Notes: generated by a model not told the origin, from the letters alone. A stretch of 64,000 nucleotides of DNA from Trichoplax adhaerens (GCF_000150275.1 NW_002060952.1:890482-954481); one strand, 5' to 3'. Numbered from the stretch's first letter, positions 39,415 to 53,646 are shown. Made by a program: numbers and translations.

Positions 39415-42125
39415 CTTGCTTTTGTTTTGGTGACGTTTGATCCGTTCTTTATTAAATATATATACAAATAATAAAAATGATGTGAATATATTTGTGCAAT
39501 CATGTGCCTATGATCTTGATGGGTTATCTTTAGTTAATACACATAGGATCTAGTAAATATCTACTGTCAACAATATACCACATTTACAACAAATGGTACA
39601 CTGCATTACACTTAAAATGATTCAAATAATTACATAGTAACTAATAAGTATGATATAGTTTACATCTAATTCATGAACTGTGCTACATTAGCTGTTGTAA
39701 TTTATTCAAATGTGGGAGAGGAAATTCCTCTTTCACAGTCCTACCTACTGTAATTAAATCCTTGGATATACCCGTATATAATATACAAAATATTATGCAT
39801 CAATCTCTTTCATATATTTATATAGATCGTATTATAGAAATAAAAAATTCAAATTATTTCAATAATCATTAGTGTTGTACTATATATAATAAGGATATGT
39901 AGCGTTGAAACGTAAAACATCAATTTTGATTTATTTCTTTAGTAAATCGCGTAAGTAAGCAAAATTTATCACGTGAAGCGTGATTAAAAAGATTAGATAT
40001 CAATTAGACTCCTTCTGTATTATCACAAATGTATACAGAGCCAAAAATATAAGGAATAATATAAATTACTTTATTGGCCGAAGTATACAGTAGGACATCT
40101 AACCATAGTTGAATCGATTGTTATAATTTGTTTCAATAAAATTTAGATGCCTTGCATATAATGGTGAATTTCTACTAGTGCAAACAGTAATTGCACAGGA
40201 TTTTTCCTGATATATCCTATATACTGTTACACAGTTTAAACCAAAGTAGATAATGTTTGATTGTAATGTATAGTAGTATGCCTAACGGTAGCTGAATTCG
40301 GTCAAATTTGGATGTCTTGCGAGTTATGGTAAGTTTTTATTAGTGCAAATGCTAATGGTATAACGATAGCTGAATTTAATCACACTAGATATCTTTCCGT
40401 ATATATTATAGAAAATATATAAGTCGATACTAACAGTCTAACATAATCCTGATAATATGCTTACGATTATTTAAACTGAAATTCACAGATGTAATAGAAA
40501 ATATGAGGATATAATTTGAAGCCAGCAGGATATGCACGATATATAGTATATCATAGAAAATGTATAGCACTTAACTATAATACAAACTCTAATTATATTT
40601 TATTTGCAACAAATATTATTGAGCAGAGGAGAGTAAAGGACTGAAAGGAATACATTAAATTTATACATTATGCAATTTGTGGGTATCCGATTGAAAACAT
40701 ATAGATATAACGATAACAAAAAAATATGTATAACTGATTCACGAAGCACCGGGCAAACAGCTGGTAAGTTAGGCTAGGACAGTAGCGGTACCTAATTAAT
40801 CTATACAATTTTAGAGATTTAAACTTTGACCTTTGTCTAGATACCCTATGCTTAACATAACATAGTTTAATGTACCGTAAACTTTTGTAATATTATTTAG
40901 TCTATGCAAGGCACAGCACATAAGGTTTATATGCTTCTCCAGATGACTTCGGCCTGAAGGATAGATATAACAGTTATCGCGGTATAAAATATACTGTAAT
41001 AGACTATGTCAAGTGTTGGAAACAAAAGAATTTTCCCTAGGCAGTAAAGTACCGGTAATGTTTTAGACTGAAAAGGTTCAAAAGGTAACTGTTAAACTGT
41101 ACAGTATATAAAAGAATGATTATTAAAGTTGGAAATAACCGATTTGCTTTGCATGCTCAAATGGACCCAATTAATTTTAGTATGTTAACTATTAGAGAGA
41201 TTGGAGAAAGAGAGTAGTAATTTATGCCAATATTCACTGAGCCGGTAAGGCTAATACGATGTTACTTGTAACACGATGTGGGGTAAAGAAACTTAAAGTT
41301 CTAAATATGTTAACATTAAGCTATAGTTAGTAGGTATTATGAAGCATATTGTTGTTCAAAATATGTGTTAAAGTAATGATATTGGAAGACTGAATCGCTA
41401 TATTACTATGATATACTTTCCATGAGTGCTCTAACACCTTCAATCATATATATTACAGATTGCATAGTAAAATTTTTTAATATATACGATTTTACGTTGT
41501 GCACTATTATAATGTAACAAATGGACATTCGAAAGCATTGATTACTCATTTAATTACGTCATCAAATTTCGCTTTCTTACGGTAAAACTGGAAAATAAAT
41601 TAGCTAAAAAGTACAAAATTCAATAGATAAACTAGAACCTATTGCGGTAGCATTATTTACCATTTTCTGGTTTATACAGTATTAAATTATGGCTTAAATC
41701 ATAACCGATATACTCGTATAGGCAATCATTTTGAAATTCTAACTTAAAAATAAGGCAAAGACATAAAACAACTTGATGTGCTAGTAAATAATTTCTCGAT
41801 TTTAAAGCATATGCAAGGCATGATCGACTAAAAATATATGAATAGTGTAATCAGTCATGAATTAATTATTTATGCCTCATACAGAAAAGTAGATATAAGT
41901 ACATTGGAGTTAGTAGTAGCTACAACTGTATTAATTAAGCAGTTATAATTACTTGTAAGGTGATTGATGATGTTTTCATCAGTCGTATATAAAGTAGAAT
42001 CTTCCTATAATTTTTAATGCTTCCTCTGTTAGAATTTGACTGCTAATCAGTTGCAGTAAAGTGCTATTACTATTCGCTGAAGTTTTATTATATTTTATTT
42101 GTATTATAGCATATAAAATCTCAGT

Positions 42126-43528
42126 AAATCTTACTTTAAGTTTCAGACTTATGTGAACGTTTTTCTTAATGGGGATATCAAGCACTAAATCTCACTTTAA
42201 CTCTAAGGCTTACATAAATGTTTTCCGTGACAAAATATCAAGCGCTAAATATTGCTGTTACTATTAAGCTATACGTGAATGTTGTCGTTAACGGGATATT
42301 AAACATTAATTCTCACTTTGACTTTTAAGTTTTGAGAGCGTTTTCTTTAAAAGGCCATCAAGTACTAAATCTGACTTTAACTTTTTAAACTTGCATGACC
42401 ATTTTCCTTAACAGGATATCAAGCAAAAATTTTACTTTATATACCCTTTTTAGTTTCAACCAAGCTTAGGTGAATGTTGTCGTTAACGGAATATCAAGTA
42501 CTAAATCTTACTTTAACTTTTAAGCTGTCAAGGGGAAGATTTTAAAGGCGAATGGGCGGAGATTATGTGAACATTTTTCTTGACAGGATATCAAGCTTTA
42601 AATCGCACTTTAACTTTTAAGCTTATGTGAATGTTTTCCTTTAATGGGATATCAAGCACTAAAATCTCACTTTAACTTTTAAGCTTACGCCAACATTTCC
42701 TTAGCTAACGAGATACTAAGCACTAATCTCACTTTAACTTTTACGTTTACGTAAAATTTTTCCTTATCTAGATATCAAGTACTAAATCTTGCCTTAACTT
42801 TTAAGCTTATGTGAAAGTTTTTTCTTAACGTGCAATGAAATACTAAATCTTACTTTTAACTTTTAAGCTCAAGGAAAGTTTTCCTTGATAGAAAATAAAA
42901 TCACTAAAGCTTACATTAACTTTTAAGCTTATGTAAATGTTTTCCTGAACGTGAATATCAAGCGCTAATTAAATCTCACTTTGGCTTTTAGGTCTGAGCA
43001 TTTTCTTCAATACAATATCAATCACCAAGTTTCACTTTAGTTTTTTAAGTTTATGTGAATACTGTCGTAAACGGGATATTAAGCACTAGTTCCACTTTGA
43101 TTATTAACCTTACATTAATATTTTCTTTAATGGAATATCAAACACTGAATCTCACTTTAACTATTAAGCTTACGTGAAATTTTTCTTAACTAGATATCAA
43201 GCACTAAATTTCACTTTAACTGTTAACTTTTAAGCTTACATGAGCATTTTCCGTAATAAAATATCAAGCACTAAATCTCACTTAAACTCTTAAGCTTACG
43301 TGAAATTTTTTTTTCTTAACTGGATATCAAGCACTCAATCTTACTTTAACTTTTATGCTTGCGGAAATGTTTTCCTTAACAGGCAATCAAGCACTGAATC
43401 ACTCATTAACCTTTAAGCTTAGGTGAACGTTTTCCTCAACAAGTCTCGCTTTAACTTTTAAGCTTACGTGAACGTTTTCCTTAACGGGAATATCATGCAT
43501 TAAATCTTACTTTAACTTTTAAGCTTAC
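42126..43528. repeat. Minisatellite, ~22 degenerate copies of a ~61-bp unit
   Basis: Approximate consensus AAGCACTAAATCTCACTTTAACTTTTAAGCTTACGTGAATGTTTTCCTTAACGGGATATC repeated head-to-tail between FMO-B and FMO-C. Confidence 0.95.
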
Positions 43529-46500
43529 CTTAAGTCTGCCTGTGAAACGTTTTAATCACGTTCGATATGAAGTGCGCGTATGTTTGCACGTCGATTTGGT
43601 TTTGTATTGCTTCCACCTATTAGCTAATTACAACAAAATTATACATTATAGTATATAACAATATACTATAATGTACAGGGTGCTGTAATTAATTACTCGC
43701 AACCAATAGAAATTAATGATGAAATAGACCTTGAGTTACAAAGTCCAATCCTATTTCTCCGATTAAAGCGCAGGCTCTATAAAATCAGCAGATCGCTATA
43801 GGAGTCATCCTTTCGGATAAGAAATAAATTAATACGGTACATTATGGTCAATAATTAGGAGTAAACATACATGAATTAGTATTATTATTTGAAAATAAAT
43901 GCTTTAAGAAAGAATGGATGAAGCACGTTTTGAGCAGATGCGCTAGATGATAGTTTTGTAGATTTCATTATTTTCAGTTGAAGTATACTAGAACCATTAA
44001 CATTTCAAAAGCATCAAAAATAATAGTAGTAAGAGTAAAAACTACTGTTACATCATTCTACAAGTATTACAACGACCATTTCACGTTATTTACTGTAGAA
44101 GTAAATTATAGCAATTTGGTACAGGACAGCTTTCCATATGCTTTTATTGGAAGTTAGGCAATGTATTAAAGAAATCAACTAATCCGCAGGGCCCATGAAT
44201 AGTTCACAGCGAGATCGATAGTACTACAATAACATATTGCATCACTGACCGTACAAGACAATCTTCCGATATACCATTATTGAAAGCTATTCAAAGGGTT
44301 CAAAAAAATCGATTAACCTCTCTGTTTATGAATAATAATTATAATTAAAAGTCCACAATAGGATTACTGTAGCCCATTCCACAGTTTAAATATCGAAGCT
44401 TTGAAGACAACATAGTGTTAGTCCAGGCATTATAAGGTTTACTTAATGAAAGCAAATTATTATCAACGAGCACCAACTACGTTATGTCACAATCGCGATA
44501 GTTAAAGATAAAATCAGTGTATCGATTCTTATCATATACAACAATATTTAGACCTCACATATAATCTTTCCCTTCCTATTAGAAAGACTCCAAACTTTAC
44601 CCGATACAGCACTGTATATCAGAGCTAAATTTAGCTTTTTATAATATATCGTATACTGGAGAAGAGTAGTCTTGTCTTCAGTAGACAGATGCATACAGTA
44701 AGATATCTTGGCTATCTCTTTTTGGGGAGCAGGTTTTCTAGGGAAGATTCAAATATACTTATAGTTGTTTTATAGGCGTAAAAATGATGAAACTAAATCT
44801 GCATTATTGAAGAACTGCATCTAGGAGCCAAGGAATGATTCAGGTTGAAGATCGTACTTTTGACTCTAATTTATAGTTCCTACTCTTCTAAAATAAGATA
44901 GTACCAGTATTAGAAGGTTCGATCTAAACTTGGACTATTATTTGTGAGAATGAGATTACTTTTAGGTAACCGTAGATTAGCTAGATACTATTATTACAAG
45001 ATTAAACTTGAATTAAAAATAGTAGGGCAACCTTAGTATCATCTATTGGTATGGGACGGTATTAAATTACTTCTATAAGTTACCTAATAATAACTTTCTA
45101 AAATTGATTAAAAGTCTCTGACGCTACAGGATGTCAAGACGATCTCAAAATGTCTCTAGGATTGTTTACATATATCTTTCCATATTTTCTTTTACCGCCT
45201 ACACTAATGCACACACGTACGTGATTGTTCGCTTACTACTATAATATGTTAGAATGCGGATATTTGTTTTACGTTGAATAAGATTCTAAAGAAGCCATTA
45301 CTACCTTGCACGTTACATTTATACAATATTTATATTGATAATGTTGCATTCCAACTTGCTGCAGTACTATAAATCGGGGATATTTCGACATCTTGTAAGT
45401 AATTTTTTTATAATGATAGGATTTAAATTCAGCTTAAAATTCATGTATATTTGAGTACGTAATTAATCTTATAGTCTGAAACTCAAATTGTTTACATTGG
45501 GTTGGGAGTGCAGTGGAAGTGGCAACACACCTGGAATAAGCCTACAACAGGATCTACTAATTATAATATAAAAAAAAAAAGATGGAAACGGGACTGCCAA
45601 CGTCCGTCGGTAAGAAATGATGGAGAGGCTTATCATTTCATGCCATTCTAGTATACGCTATCAATGAAACCGTATGCCATACTGCACAAAACCAAACTAG
45701 CAGTTAATTTGATATCAATCGCGGACAGTATAATGGTGTGCCGTTATGAACATATGATATAGTTGCAATGGTCAGTAAAATAATCAGCCTCTATATTATT
45801 ATTATAGTCAACCATCGTTGGCTGTCCCATAAAATTCAGTTGAAAAGTGATCTTGTAATTTGTATCTTGCATCTTAATTATAAGGTTTAAAAGGTGCTTT
45901 CTAGTGCTAAATTGCTATTTTAATGATTGAATAAGTCGAGAAAGCGATGAAAGTTTAGTCATGAATAAGATATGATCAAGCCATAGCTACAGGAATCGAT
46001 CTCAGATGGAAATTTGATTTCAAGTTTCTAATCTTTTTTTCAGCAAAAAGTACCAGTGCTACGGTAAGTGTACGATATTACGGTTATGCTTACAGTTAAC
46101 TGTACAAGGGCATAAGTAATTCTAGGGCAATTAGGTTATTAAGCCAATAGTCAATGACAAGTTCGGCAACATATTCATCCAATAACATAGAGCAGGGCCT
46201 TCTTTTGATATTGTTGTACTAATAAAGCTACTCAATGTTTTAAAGAAATTGAATAGCTACTATGTTCAGACGATTATCTATAAATGCAACAGCAGACCGT
46301 TCCTCGTAAATAATATCCCCCTCTAAAAATTGGACGTAAGGGAATTGTTATAGATTCAAAGTAATCAATTGGCTTTTAGCTACAGCTTTAAAGCTTTAAA
46401 GTATTATTAGTTAATTTAATAATGCAATATGGTTAGACTGCGCTCTTGTTTGTCTAATAAATCTTTCAGTTTTAGGCTTACGTCCTAGAACCATTATGGA

Positions 46501-47622
46501 GAAAAAATTACGGTATGCCAAGTATCACGAGCGAAGGTTCGACTAGTCTCAATAACGTCATAAATTACAGTCCGTCAGCAACATGATGGGTTATAGGACT
46601 AGTATTTTAATTACATACAGACTGATAAGTTTACTAATAATTTTAAAACTATGCTATTAGTCTATTACAAATAAACACTTTAAAGTCTTGACATCAAATT
46701 GATAACTACATCATGCAGACTAAACTAGTTTATAACTCAACCAATACAAATCCGACGAAACACACACGGCACTCTCAGCTGCATGTCTGCATGGATACTT
46801 ATACACATATAAGTTGAAACAAATATTGAAATCAACATTCTTTACGCTAAATAAAATGACGGTAAAGCTAATATCCATTTAAGAAAAATCTTTCAAGAGA
46901 TTTTATCAAAATGGCTTAACTTAAATATGCCGTATGTATGTATTATCCCTGCGAGTGCTATGAAAATATTGCACTTTATTTAATGTTTCAAATGGTAGTC
47001 AGACAGTTAAGATCGATCTTGTATCTTTGCAGTCCCAATATCTAAGGACTCCATTGTAATTGATTAGGTTCAAAATGAATCTTTTACGTCATCGGTTAAC
47101 TAATGCCTACAACTTGTTGTAAAAGTGGGTTTAATCCTTTTAATTTATGCTTTACTGAAAAGGGAATTACAGCATTCACTAAGTCTATTTCGTAATCAAG
47201 ATAATAAGCTATGTGTTGTTGATTAAGTCTAACACTAACTATCGAGTAGGTTAACTTTTCGGATAAATTAAGTCATCATGATGTATCCGACAACATTTGA
47301 TTACACCTATATTACTAGCTGAAATAAAAGACTTCATTCCAGACCGTTACAGTACTTTAGTTTAAAATTAACAACCCAAAATCTCTTACTTATGAATATA
47401 CTAATTAAGAAATATCTAGTTGAAATGCACTGTATCATAGCCATGTTTATCGGATATAATCGTAGTGCAAGTTAATGGGCGCACGTAACGGAGTTTTTTT
47501 TAATATGCCATCGCGATTATCGGTATTGAATGCTTCGTAAAGCAAATTCTTTGCATTCATTGAACGTAGAAGCCAAAGCTTCACCTGGAAAGAAAATTTT
47601 TGGACATTACACTTACACTTAA

Positions 47623-50600
47623 TTACTTTAAAGCATAGAAATATATATTAAATAGACATTTACCAATATCGCGAATTCCTGCTTTGACATTACCCCCTCT
47701 CTTGTAGGAAGCATATATCGTAGATGCAACAACTACTGCAAGAAATAATCGCAAGGTCTTACTACTTTTAGCTTTTGGTATATCTTCGATTTGTCGAGTA
47801 CGCGTAGGTTTATCAATATTATTTTTAGCCTGTCTGATAGCATTTTTTGCTCCATCCCAAGCATGAGGTCCTCGCAATCGAAATTGTGGAGGAGTACATG
47901 GCCCGAAAATACATTTAAAAACCAGACTGGGATCAGTGAGCATCAAAGAGAAGAAGCTTGGCTTGCACCCGATCAAATCAGCAATTTCGTCCATAAATTG
48001 TATAAAGTCAACCTAGTTGATACAGTTAGTATCAAAATGAAATCTTTTCTCTTATAAATTATTGATTTATTACAGTTTAATCATTAGTAACAAATTAATC
48101 AAGCAAGATATCTTGGCCGATGATGATGCTAAAATTTAGACGATACATTTGTTTTTTGTTGTTTTAATGTACTATATTATCTACAATTATCTTTGATATC
48201 ATTCGCTTACCTGGATAGTATGCCTTGGTGAATCAACATACACAGCAGCCATATTGTTACGTTTTTTTTCGATATCTATCATCATTCCAGCTTCCGATGG
48301 CAAATGACATTTCTTATTGAATACTCGTGTAATCCATCTTGCTTGCATTTCCGCTATTGGCATAATAGCCCCAACTGGTTGTACGAATCCTACCATTGCC
48401 AACGTAGGATGCTTAAGATGTGGTGGAAATGCGTATTTGTATAGATCGCACTGGTTATCTTTAACATCAACGATAGACGAATCCAAAAAAGAGAAACCAA
48501 ATTTATATCCAGTACAATAGACAACAGTGTCAATATCTTTCTCAATAGAGCCATCAGTAAATTCAATATCGTGTTCATGCAGGCAAGCAATGTTATCTTT
48601 GACTTTGACTGCTCCACATACTATGCGTACTAAATAGGAAATAAAACAAACATTTAAAGAATTAATTACGGGCATTAAGCATCACTGTCATGAGCGTTGT
48701 CATAATTTGTGATTTATTGCATAAAGTCTTTCTATATTTATAAATTTATCATCTACACTTGTCTGATTTCCATATAAATTCAGACTCTTAACGATGATCA
48801 ATTGTTTTACAGCAAGCTTGAAAATTTTTAGAATAGAAATCGAATTTAAGAAGTTAGGATAAAGTATATATAAATTACAGTAATCGTTGTACTAATTACC
48901 AGTTCGTATGATCGGAGAAAAAATCGTAATTAGGCAACATAGGTATAAAATAATATACCATACATACTTGGTAATTCGTCACTGATAGTGGGATGTTGCG
49001 CTGCTACTTTATGTTTAGCTTTCAATCCATATTGAGCGTGATCAAATCGTTCATTTAAAGCTTTTTTTAGCGAATTCTCAACAATTGACGAAGGCAGCCA
49101 GCTTAGATAACGGTTGAAAAAAACATCTATTGGGTCTCCTCCGGGACCAAGGCGTGAAAATACCCATGCCCCACGTCGTGTGCTGAGATAAACCTGTGAG
49201 CAGTGCTGACTTAATTCACTAGCAACATCAACACCTGAATTGCCAATTCCTACAACTACCGCTCGGGTATTTTCGTGACCTATGGGAATGACGATTTTGA
49301 CGTAATGGGAAAAATAGAGGGTTTAGTGTGTGAGGGATTGAATAAGTTGATATTCCAATTGTAAAGCTGACCATTTATTATATAATAATCCTTTAGTAAT
49401 TTCATTGCATTTATGTTATCATTATTATCTTATGATAACTACTGTATAATCAATTTCAACAAACCGCGATAATCCTTGTAATCGTGACTATGTAATTGTC
49501 TTCCCTTGAATACGTCCATTCCTTTAAAAGATGGCATCCTGGAATCCCAATGGTGGCCTGAACAAACCATAATACCATCAAAAGTGGTTGTGGTTGTTTC
49601 AGCAGTAGGATTGTCAGCAGGCTTGGTAATGACATCCCATCGTCCTGTTTCTGAATAATCGCTTGCTGGTTTAACTTGCTGGACGTAAGTATTGAATTGA
49701 ATGTGCTCGTATAAATTGAATTTTTGGGCATATCTTGAGAATGTAAATAGGGAAATTACATTATTCAAACCACTGTTTTATGCTATTGGTGTCTGACGGC
49801 ATACTTTACTGCATATTACTAAAAAATTATCGGCTGTAACATGATTAAGTTATGAACAAATCCTAAAGTTGGCCAATGCCTAAATTATTTTTTCAATGTT
49901 ACAAATTTATTGCTCTTATTTATACATCATCATTTGTAGTGGGAAAAGATGCTTACAATGATATAGCTGTCATCTCGTGCAAATATCTGCGTGACTGTTA
50001 GTGCATTACGATGAAATGGGTATTTTTCGCTATAATTCAAAGAGTGTAACTTAAGGGACCACTCGTCTAGTAAAATTTTGAAGGTTAACAATACTATTTG
50101 TCCTTCAAATTACACATGGACATCATTAACACAGAATTATTGTACAGTCTACTAGACGTTATCGTCAACATCGATAATAATATTATGTCCTACCGTACTT
50201 ACTACAGATTACTGTTAAGGTTTCAATAGACACTGTCATTACTGTAATAATCTGAAATCTTGACAACTCGATGTTATCATTAATATTTATAATACTATTT
50301 TCAAGTAGCTACTTTTTATAGATGAAGTAATCGATTAATCGTCAATAAACTAGTGTCGTCAAATAGCCTCTATCGTACTAGCCCTTGTTCTTCAGATACA
50401 GAGGCACACTCTTGCTGTATGTACAATAGCTTGAAGTAATGATCAGCAAGATGAAATAGGTTGTTATTGTACAGTATACTACACCAAGATCTACAGTGAA
50501 ATCATATTCTGCATATATCGTACGTACACTATATTATTATCCAGAACGAATAGCAGTAAAATCCCTTCGATAAAATTTGAAATTCTATGTCTTAATTAAC

Positions 50601-51449
50601 TAAGTATTAACTGTAGTAATTACAGCATTACTTACAAGTCAAAGTATTTCATGACGCTTGTGTTATGCATGTAGGGTGCAAAATTCTCAGGAATAGGAAA
50701 ATCGCTGAAGCACATCATTTCCTTGGATGTGTTGATGACCGTCGATCGATAGACTGTTCCACCCTTGCCAACGTCTTCTATACTCCGTAAATGCAATCAT
50801 ATCAAAATTGTGAATAATTGTAGTTATTAATTAATATACTAGTGGAACCTGTGATACTTCTCGAGCTACACTTTTTACTTAACATTTATTTTATTTTATT
50901 TTATTCTATATCAATGTAGCGAACTAATCGAAGACTATCTCTGATTTTATGGATAGAAACGATTTAGCTCATGTAATTTCATGCGTTGTTATCCATGATG
51001 AAATTCATGCATTTTCAGTAGAATTAGGTAACGTCGATAGTGTCTGGCATTACTTATTAGCCCTTAGAAGATCTTGTTGAAGGAGTAGTTTTACAATGAC
51101 AGCTCCAGTTATCCACGTGCTCAACTACAGTCAACAGTATTATACAGTACTAGGCAATAATGTTGAATATTTATTTTAAATCAGGTCCGATACTATGCGA
51201 TTTATAGTACATACTGCTAATTCCCCCAAATCAAGTCAATTATCTAGATCTGTAATCCGTTACTGTAACAAAATATGATCCTACAATAGTAGATAGACTA
51301 AGATGACGTCTACAATGCCAACCTTCAAATTTCCATAATCCACCAATGTGATTCTCTTTTTCAAGAATAACTGCTTCAATGCCTTCATCCAAGCATTCTT
51401 TAAGGCTGGTTAAGCCGCTTGCTCCAGCTCCAATAATTGCCACTTTCAT
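47623..51449 (-). CDS. Flavin-containing monooxygenase, paralogue C
   Basis: Exons 51449-51323, 50777-50636, 49733-49465, 49279-48968, 48629-48211, 48012-47623. Motifs [47 protein letters not shown]-terminal TM. Highly similar to paralogue B. Confidence 0.96.
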
Positions 51450-52156
51450 GTTCGTCCTTTTATGCAATACTTTAGACGCCTTTTTCTGCCTATCAATCGC
51501 AATTTATAATATTTTATAATATTTATTTTTGAATGGTAGGTGTAAAAATGCATCTCCATTTCAAGAAACATTAATAAAACAGATCGTTCCGTTACTTTAA
51601 GTTGATCCCTTCGGATTGTAAATGAAGGAGTTGTTAAGCCTTCATTACAAGTGCACTAATTAATTCTATGGACAAAAATAGATCCAAAATTGGACATTTA
51701 ATGAAGTGAGTTAGTCCTCATTTGCTGCTGTATACTCTGATCCTGTTGCCAGTAAAGAACACTCGAGCTTAATCGACTGATCGCTAACGATGAGCTCTTC
51801 TACAGTAGTGTATGGAAATTTTAAATCGATCATGGCTATTTCCATGACAAGTTATCATCGAATTTATCCTTACCTTCAGCGTAGCGTAGACCGGCTTCTG
51901 GCTGCCTAGTAGGTGTTTAACACTAGTAATAAATTCAATCATGACATCGGACACACACCACCGGGTAAGGTGCTAGGTGCCACAGGGCGACACAGTGTAA
52001 AAAGAGAACCCCGCCCAGTCTCAGGGTCTTTTGGCGACGCCGCGGCGTCGATTTTACGCTTTAACAGTAGTTGTATGAAAGAGAAAGGGGGGGAAGAAAA
52101 GTGATCGTTCAGTGCAAAATATTGTCTGCTGTAGGTTATCCTTTTTCCACTCATTC

Positions 52157-52908
52157 TACTACGAGGGAGCGATGAAAGCGTCTACCTTGTACGACAAAAC
52201 CAATCGAGCGAATCGTTTGCAGAAACTTCTGGCAAGCCCCTACGAGAGAGCGATGAAAGCGTCTACCTTGTACGACAAAACCAATCGAGCAAATCGTTTG
52301 CAGAAACTTCTGACAAGCCCCTACGAGGTACCGATGAAAGCGTCTACCTTGTACGACAAAACCAATCGAGCAAATCGTTTGCAGAAACTTCTGACAAGCC
52401 CCTACGAGGTACCGATGAAAGCGTCTACCTTGTACGACAAAGCCAATCGAGCAAGTCGTTTGCTGAAACTTCTGACAAGCCCCCTACGAGAGAGCGATGA
52501 AAGCGTCTATTTTGTACGACAAAACCAATCGAGCAAGTCGTTTGCTGAAACTTCTGACAAGCCCCTACGAGGTACCGATGAAAGCGTCTACCTTGTACGA
52601 CAAAACCAATCGAGCAAATCGTTTGCAGAAACTTCTGACAAGCCCCTACGAGGTACCGACGAAAGCGTCTACCTTACTTGACCAAACCAATCGAGCAAGT
52701 GCAGAATAGTATCTACTGTAGGTTATCCTTTTTCTAGTCATTCTACTACAAGGGAGCGATGAAAGCGTCTACCTTGTACGACAAACCTATCGAGCAAATC
52801 GTTTGCAAGCACTTCTGACAAACCCGTACAAGGGACCGATGAAGGCGTCTACCTTACTCGACAAAACCAATCGAGCAAGTCGTTTGCAGGAACTTTGGAG
52901 AAGCCCCT
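52157..52908. repeat. 81-bp tandem repeat array (about 7+2 copies, high identity)
   Basis: Anchor GATGAAAGCGTCTACCTT at 52171, 52252, 52333, 52414, 52496, 52577, 52658, then ~52758 and ~52837. The leader CTGTAGGTTATCCTTTTTC...TCATTCTACTAC precedes both blocks. Confidence 0.97.
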
Positions 52909-53646
52909 GTCATTTGTATGGCAATCGCGGTAGTATACATACTGCCTATAATACTGTCTAATATCTACCATCGATTCCATCTCATCGTATCAGCTAATTT
53001 TGCTATTTTTCCCCAACCTAAAATATCCCCGGCCGTATAATAGAAGAGAAACGAAATGTAAAAACTACCCCTATCATAATACAAACAATATTTAAACACG
53101 GGGGTACTTTCAAGCTGGGAAAAATGTCCAAATTAGCTGTCAGTCCCAATTGCTCAAGGTTGTCAGAATTTAGTAATGTCGCATATTGTAGCCTAATTGA
53201 AAGTCGGTTGCTTGCAAACTGCTACAGCTAATTGAAACTCCTTGCTAAGCAGCTTGGAACGAGAATGGCTGGAAAAAGCAAAATTGATTCGTCTCGACAT
53301 TACGTTATATATTGCACTAAATGAGCTGCAAGGTTGGTTTTGAGCAGTATAATGTGAAATGATATGGCTTCAACGCTAGGGACTTTACTGTCACAGTATG
53401 GGAAGGGAAGAGATGTTTGGGTATTCTGTATGTAGAATGGACAGCGGACTGAAGGACAATCTCAGCCAATGTTTACCAAGAAATACAGTACAGTACATAC
53501 TGTATAGTACGTACTGTAAGCAAGCATGAGGTACTGTACAGTACTGTACTGTACGGCATCTTCCGTCCGTCTTTCTGTCTGTGCAGATTGCAATCGGACT
53601 AATGTATTTTTTTCCTCTCCTCTACTCCAATCGCTGATCAACTAAC

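Noticed and set aside
42126-43528. Possible CRISPR-like array
   Set aside because: The whole unit is repeated with diffuse divergence, without repeat-spacer alternation; eukaryotic context
52157-52908. Possible CRISPR array or hammerhead-ribozyme repeat
   Set aside because: Units are contiguous with no unique spacers and no cas genes; CTGACAA...GAAA does not give a proper CUGANGA core with the required stems
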